This document shows, piece by piece, positions 57,608-64,000 of a DNA stretch of 64,000 nt. The stretch covers positions 1-64,000 of the forward strand of contig JALAGF010003954.1 in NCBI GenBank assembly GCA_030167865.1, written 5' to 3'. The notes below the pieces were generated by a model that was not told the DNA's origin, ran no database searches, and saw nothing but the letters and a program-made list of their open reading frames with translations. This DNA is from Craspedostauros australis (lineage: Eukaryota). Position 1 is the first letter of the stretch. Every line of letters begins with the position of its first letter. Both the position numbers and the translations under genes were made by a program.

Positions 57608-60342
57608 ATGGAGATCGCCAGACCATCAACGGCAGACGGCCAAAGAATGGCCATCAAGAAAGCGCTGCAGTCGTCAGGCTTGCGCAAGATCTCGGATGAG
57701 CTGCTCATCAAGTGTGAGTTCGTGCTTTTGCTCCATGCTTTGCTGCGTGAGTGAGGTTGACAACGTCATGTGATGCGATGTGATGTGTTCCGTTCACTTG
57801 TGCTCTTCTGTCGTGCTTGAGTGTTGCGATCGTGGAAAGCGCTTGCGTGTGAACCTGTTCGAGCACAGACAGAGATTGACCGATCCAATTCCATTAAATT
57901 CCATTCAATCCGAACCAAACCAAACCAATCCAATACATCGATACATACACCCATGCTGACGACGCAGGTGTGGGGATCTCAACTGCCCTCCAGCTCACTC
58001 CAGAACAACTCGGCGAATCATGGGAGGCATTCAGCCTGACGAAGAACATTTCGGAGCTCACGGAGCACAACTTCGCGTCGTACAGAACGGAGCTGATCAA
58101 GCATTCCTCCGTCCCGAACACGGCAAGCGCGGGCGCTGTGGTCAATCGCAATGGAAAACGGCCCAACCACGACTACTCCAACGTCGTGACGCCGCCGCCA
58201 AAGAAAGCCGTATCGCGCACACCAGCTGGTGGCCAATCGTGGCCGGGCAGCGCATCCTCCAGCGTCAGCAGAACCTTGGACGTCGGTGCGCCAGCAACGC
58301 GAGGTCCCACCTACGATGAGCGGGCAGGTGCGGGGACTGTGGTGGCGACGTACAAGCCATCGAACTTTGCGCCAGTGGAACGCATTGCGCCAACCGAGGA
58401 TCGGCGGTGCAGAATCTCCACGGATGATATCCGCACGAATACGACCAAGCCATACCGACACATGTTCACAACGCTCGCCGATCGAGCCAAATGTTTGGAT
58501 GAGCATCTCGATATCATGTCGGAAGCGATTACGGAGAAGTACGGCATCGGTCCTGGAGAAGGCAGCATCGCACCCCTCGAGGCGGTTGGCATTCCATCGC
58601 AGAGCAAGATCACTTGCGTTGGGCGCATTTGCAACGAGGTGAGTTCATCATTGGCGGGTGTACAGTGTCTACTGTGCTGCCTTGCACGAAACACTGTGCG
58701 CACATGTGCGTATACGTACATGTCTGGACACACGCACAGACTCACACACACTGTTGATTCTGCATCTCACAACATCACGCAACACTCTTCGAATCAATTC
58801 GTGCCTGTCACCATGCTATTCAAACGCCACAGGCCCACAATGGAAAATTGAACGCTGCATCCATCGTTCTGGAAGGTGCGCGAGGCACATCGGGAGGTGC
58901 CAGAATCAATGTCGACCTCACACAAATGAAACGCGACAAGACGGCATACTCGCTGTTCCCTGGTCAAATCGTCGCAATCGAAGGCATGAATCCCACAGGG
59001 CGCAAGCTCATTGCGGAACGAATCTGGGAAGGCGCAGCACAACCCATGGCCACATCCAGTGTGAAGGAGATGAGGAAGCATGTTGCCAAGCAGGATGACA
59101 TGCCCCTGCGTGTCATGGTGGCCAATGGTCCCTACACGACGAGCGACGACACAGAGTACAAGCCGTGGGTGGATCTCATGTCCAACGTCATGGAGACCGC
59201 GCCGGATGTTGTCGTCCTGTCCGGTCCCTTCCTGGATACGAGACAGAAGGCGATCCGAACGGGACACACCAAGCTTGAACTGGAGGACGGTGATGCATTG
59301 ATTGTGCCGTACGAAGTCTTCTTCGCCAACAAGATCGCGTCGTACATCGAAGAAGTCGTTCGGACGAAGGAGGAAGAAGGCGAAGCGTTCCACACCCAAT
59401 TCGTGCTCATCCCAAGTATTGACGATGCCGTGTCGGAGGTTGTGTAAGTCAATTCTGTGATCGTTGATGCTTGTATGCAAAGTGTATGAAACTAAAACAG
59501 CTTGCGTTCCATTGCCTTGCAAGAAACGAGCAAATAGTCATACATTGCTTTCTTCGGTATGCATGCTTTCTCATATCATTCTCCTCTTTCTCCTTCCTCA
59601 CTCGTCATCTGCAACGACCGTGTACCACATCGGTGTATGCGACGCTCTGTGGACACTCATTGCCGACTTGCCCACTCTGTCGTTGCAACAACAATGACTA
59701 CAACAACAATGACTACAACAACAATGCTTACTCTGCAGCTACCCACAAGCACCGCTGACCGATCGCGTCAAGGGTGGTGGACACGAGGACAGCATCCCCG
59801 GAGGCGGGTTGGAAATTGGTACCTTGGGACTGGACCGCATCAACAAATCGTTCAAGCAAGCCAAGATCATGTGCCTTTCCAATCCGTGCACGTTCAAGAT
59901 CAACGAGACGGTCTTCGGTATGACGTCCAACGACACGCTATTCCATCTCAGCATGGAGCAGACCAATGAGTTCCTCCCGCCAGGTTCTCGGCTGAAACGA
60001 ATCGCGGAGCATGTCATCAAACAGCGCAGCTACTATCCGCTGTTTCCCGCACCGGCCAACCTTCCCATCAATCTCGATTTGAAGAAGATGGACAAGATGC
60101 GTCTGCCTTGCCAGCCGGATATCCTGATCCTGCCATCGAAGCTCGCGACCTTCGCTGCCGCAGTATCCAACACCGTCATCGTCAATCCAGGCTACCTCAG
60201 CCGTGGAACCACGGGTGGAACGTACGCAATCCTCCACATCAACCCAGTCAACCGCGACAGTCTGGACAATGCCGGAGCTGACGATGTGCAAGTACCGCAT
60301 GACATCGTCAATCGCACCATGGTCGAAGTGAAGAAGATCTAG
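57608..60342 (+). CDS. POLA2: DNA polymerase alpha subunit B; exons 57608-57713, 57968-58638, 58833-59443, 59739-60342
   Basis: VGRICNE|AH.GKLN..SI.LEG, SLFPGQIVA.EG.NP.G, GPYT, GPFLD, YPQ.PL, SNP, QRSYYPLFP, PDILILPS and NPG. All introns are in phase. Confidence 0.94.
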
Positions 60343-60803
60343 AGCAGAGCAGTTGGAGAGTGGGCAGAAAACAGACCAAGGTTATTGACACCACCATTGA
60401 TGTTTGGGGATAGAGTAATGGAAAGAGATTCACAATAAATGAATGTATCGTCACACAAAGAGCCGACTCCACTTCGACTGACTGTACTTGCCGCTCTTCA
60501 ATCAATTCGTTCGATTCGGCTGACCAGCGTTTGCTTGTTAAGACGACGACAACCAAATCGTCATCAACCATGACGAAACACAACGCAGGATCCCCTCACC
60601 TGGATTGTTACCAACTCAATTGAGATCATGTATCGATGTACTTTATTTATTTACAGTATTTCGCTCTGTTCTGTTCTGTTCTGTTGTTCTGCTATGCTCA
60701 ATATGTGTTATCTTCGCTTCTGCTATTCCGCTGACATGCGATAATGACGATGATGATGGTATCAGAGCATCATGCGCATGCTCACGCTCACGAGTAACCC
60801 TCT

Positions 60804-61951
60804 CTAAATGCTCTTGAATCCGAGCTTGTCGTACAGGAATTCGATCGTCAGCAGCTGCAACGTTGCCATTGGTGCGAACCGTGCCCAGATGGGGACGAAC
60901 CCTCTCCACAACGAAAGGACGCCTTCCTTTTGGACCGTCTGGACGAGGCAGTCGGCCATTCCATTGTACACGCGGGCATTCGTCGGCTGGCTCATCAATT
61001 TCGTGCGAATTCTGTCGAATGGAGCGACGGTGCATGTCATGAAGAAACCTGCCACGAAGCTGGAGGAGAATGCTGTGCGGGTGTCCTTGCGGGCCCATCC
61101 GGTTGCGTTGACGACGTATCCCTTCGTGACGTCGTAAACACCCATCTTGGTGGAATTCAACGCGCACGCGCGCATCATGTTGACGCCCAAACCTCTGTAA
61201 AATCCTCCCATGCCTTGATCGATGTGCATGCTTTGCACGAGCTCCTTCATTGGAAGCGACGGTCCCTTGTTGGTTTGCGCCAGCGTCTTCAGAACATCGA
61301 ATGGATTTCCAGCCATGGCACCGACGGCGCCGGTGAAAGCGCCTGCAATGAATTTCATGTAAAATGGCGCTCCCGGAGCATTCGCGCCGATTGCATCTCG
61401 AACTGTGGTCAGCGTGGAGTAGGAAAATGGAGAAATGGATAGTGCGAGGAATGGAAGGAACAGATTCGTGTGAATGCGGGACGAGTGGAATTCAAATCAA
61501 AGAACCAAGTTGATGCGGAATGGCCAGAGAAGAAATGAAGAAAAGGCCGGCTTGCTCGTGCATGCGCGATGTCATAGGCGTCCCGTGCTCACGTACCTGG
61601 TGCGTAGGCCCCGAGACGGATGGCGGTGTTGGAACCTTCGCGCAAATAGGCGAATGGAAGACCCTTCCAGAATGCGGTGAGTCCTTCGTTTCGGTATGTG
61701 GATGATACCATTGCCGCGACTCCACTCTCCGACAACTGCACGCGAGACTTGACGAGCTCGATGGGATGCGTGAAGTTGACAGCGAAGACGGCTGCCGCGC
61801 CCCCAAGAGCTGTTGATTGCAGCAGCGATGGGTGCGAAGAGGATGGCGCTGCCTTGGCGTGCTTCAGCGTCAGCGTGCGCTTTGGTTCGAGCTGTGGTGC
61901 CAGCATCTGCGTTGCTGATGTCGCGATTGGTGTTGGTGTTTGTGGTGCCAT
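60804..61951 (-). CDS. Mitochondrial carrier (SLC25; dicarboxylate/2-oxoglutarate/UCP-like); exons 61951-61597 and 61402-60804
   Basis: Three Px[DE]xx[KR] signatures ([23 protein letters not shown]). Phase-1 intron. Confidence 0.92.
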
Positions 61952-62950
61952 TTTGGTGTTGTTGGAGCTGTTGGAGCTTGTCTAATGATCGTAGTTGTTC
62001 TGTGGAAAGGTCTGCGAGTCGGTGTGGTGTGACGTGATGTGACTGTGAATGACGTTATGGAGAAGCCAAGGAGGAGAGGAGTGATGCGTTTGCAAGTGAG
62101 TGAATGAGTTTGTGTGGGTGTGCAACTCGAACTCGATCTGATTTTGTGAGCCGATGGTTGGCTTCGGCGTCGTTGTCATCGTCGTCTGCAATTTCGCCTC
62201 CAATTCCGTTGTCCAACTGCAAATACGCACGTACCAGAAGGAGGAGACTGTGGATGCTGTGGCTATGAGATAATGAACGAACGATCAAGGAGTGAGCGAG
62301 AGACAGAGAGCGAGGATGATGGATGCAATTTCCGCCGATGATGAGACCAACCGCCACTCAGCTGGTTGGTTGGTTCCTGTTGCATCGATGCGAGAGGTTT
62401 CCGGTTGCGTTGTCGCAGATCGGAGGCTTGAAGTTTCCTCTCTTCCGGTGTGAAGTGCTCAAACGTGCGTGTCGTTTCCGTTCCTTTGATCGTTTCCACA
62501 AGGACAACGTCACAAAAATGTGAAGACGTGTTGCAATTGCAAGCGCCACCCAAACATTCGCAGATGGTCATCCGTGATTGGATGAGGAAACGTATCATGG
62601 TTCTGGCACTTCCAATGACCTCGTCCGTCGACAATCACGATATACTCAAAACGTGCTTTTGTCGTATCGAGTGAACAATACGGATAATGCGGAAAATTAC
62701 GACATACCGCAGCTTTTTAACGTCTAGAGGACGATGTACTCGCTAGAGAGTAGACAAGGCGATTCCCATCACAATGCTGAGGTAGAAAACACACTGACGA
62801 CTGTGGTGGCACACAAAAGTGAGACTTTCAATTAACTCAAGAGCAATACCTTGCATCAGAGTAGAGGAGAGTGGAGTCGATTCGATTTGAAGAGAGCAGA
62901 GTATTCACCATCTGTCATAATGTTATGCAATACTACACAGTGGTGTGACA

Positions 62951-63898
62951 CTACTTGAGGCGCTTGCGTCTCCATTTGAACTGGGCTGGCTTTCCATTCT
63001 CCTGCTTCCCGACCTTGCGTTTGCGTCCCTTGGCCTGCACGTTCTTCTCCGTCACAAGATGCTTCTCCGCCATTTCAAGCGCCGCAGCTCGCTCCTTCCT
63101 CGCCTCCAATTCCAAGTAGGCGCGTTCTCGGGCCTTCTCAGATTTTCGCAGCGTTTTGCGATCCACCTTCATCAATTTCGCTTTCTGTTTGTCACCGGAC
63201 TTCGCACTCGTCTTTACTCTTGCATTTTCGTCAGCGCTTGCAACATCACTGTCATCATCGGCGTCGCTATCATTCTCGTAGTAGGTCGCCCTGCCACCAT
63301 GCAAGTCTTCAGCATCTGAACCACCTTCATCTCCATCTTTGTTGATGTTGCTGCTCACGGCTCTGTCCTTTGAATTCGCTCTTCCGGCTTTGCGCGGGCG
63401 ATTGTACGCCCTCGAGCTGAGCTTCTTGGTCGTCTGAAAATGGGCTGCAACGCTGAAATTGTCGGCCTCTTCAATATCATCGACGAACACCGTGTGCTTT
63501 CTCTCGGCCGCAGTCTTGTCCTGATGCTCCATGAAGTGCAACGACATTTGCAACCGCTCGATCTTCTTGAGCTCCTTCTGCTTCTGCGTGCGGATGTAGC
63601 TGAGATCCTGATCCTTCATGAGCCGGATGATCTCGGGCGGCAGATCCCTCGATTCCGTGTTGGTGACGTGCTTGCCATCCTTGACTTGGGTGCGGTTCAT
63701 GCCAAAGTAGAACTCATCGGGATTGCGCATCGCCGCCTTCTCGCGGATGCGCTTGATCGTCTTCTCCTTCTTGTGGTAATCATCGGCGCGCTGCTTGTAG
63801 TCCTTCTTCTTCTCGAGGATTCCCAGGTGCTGCCGGTTGACTGGCTGCGACCGTTCCTTGTGCGCGATGCGCTTCACGGCGTTGCGCAGCGACGACAT
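62951..63898 (-). CDS. UTP11: U3 snoRNA-associated protein 11
   Basis: MSSLRNAV.R..HKERSQP..R..LGILEKKKDY..RA.DYH, RNPDEFYFGM and C-terminal FKWRRKR.K. Confidence 0.95.
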   Translation of the reverse strand: MSSLRNAVKRIAHKERSQPVNRQHLGILEKKKDYKQRADDYHKKEKTIKRIREKAAMRNPDEFYFGMNRTQVKDGKHVTNTESRDLPPEIIRLMKDQDLSYIRTQKQKELKKIERLQMSLHFMEHQDKTAAERKHTVFVDDIEEADNFSVAAHFQTTKKLSSRAYNRPRKAGRANSKDRAVSSNINKDGDEGGSDAEDLHGGRATYYENDSDADDDSDVASADENARVKTSAKSGDKQKAKLMKVDRKTLRKSEKARERAYLELEARKERAAALEMAEKHLVTEKNVQAKGRKRKVGKQENGKPAQFKWRRKRLK

Positions 63899-64000
63899 GA
63901 TTCTGGGGCGTCGCACAGGTGTTTGGTGTTGCTTTTGACAAATGGGCTATGAACTCTCAACTCGACTCAGCCGTCGCGGCGGTGGTGGATGCAATTCAAT

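Overview
This window is eukaryotic nuclear DNA: gene-dense, with GT-AG introns of roughly 125-490 nt. It most likely comes from a diatom or related stramenopile, inferred from bipartite signal+transit presequences with F after the cleavage site and from diatom-style BTB, kinase and trypsin families. About 24 protein-coding loci are supportable. They cover RNA processing (RRP41, RsmH/METTL15, TruB, UTP11), genome maintenance (CDIN1, 8-exon RAD50, NSE3/MAGE, POLA2), lipid and glycan metabolism (UER1, FAAL-ACP, a GT11-like glycosyltransferase, an SDP1-like lipase), two transporters, a type II membrane kinase, an ankyrin-BTB protein and several orphans. No rRNA, tRNA, CRISPR array or transposon was recognised. 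The most unusual items are: (1) a stand-alone fatty acyl-AMP ligase-ACP fusion ending in a CCaaX prenylation motif, co-oriented between an NDP-rhamnose synthesis gene and a glycosyltransferase (possible glycolipid module); (2) a presequence-bearing glutamyl-tRNA-reductase-like protein lacking the whole NADPH-binding domain; (3) a DARPin-like 16x ankyrin-BTB protein; (4) an orphan built from two ~249-aa helical repeats; (5) a J-domain protein with several SUMO-interacting motifs; (6) a decayed trypsin pseudogene. All exon boundaries were read by eye and all family calls rest on motif recognition, not database searches.
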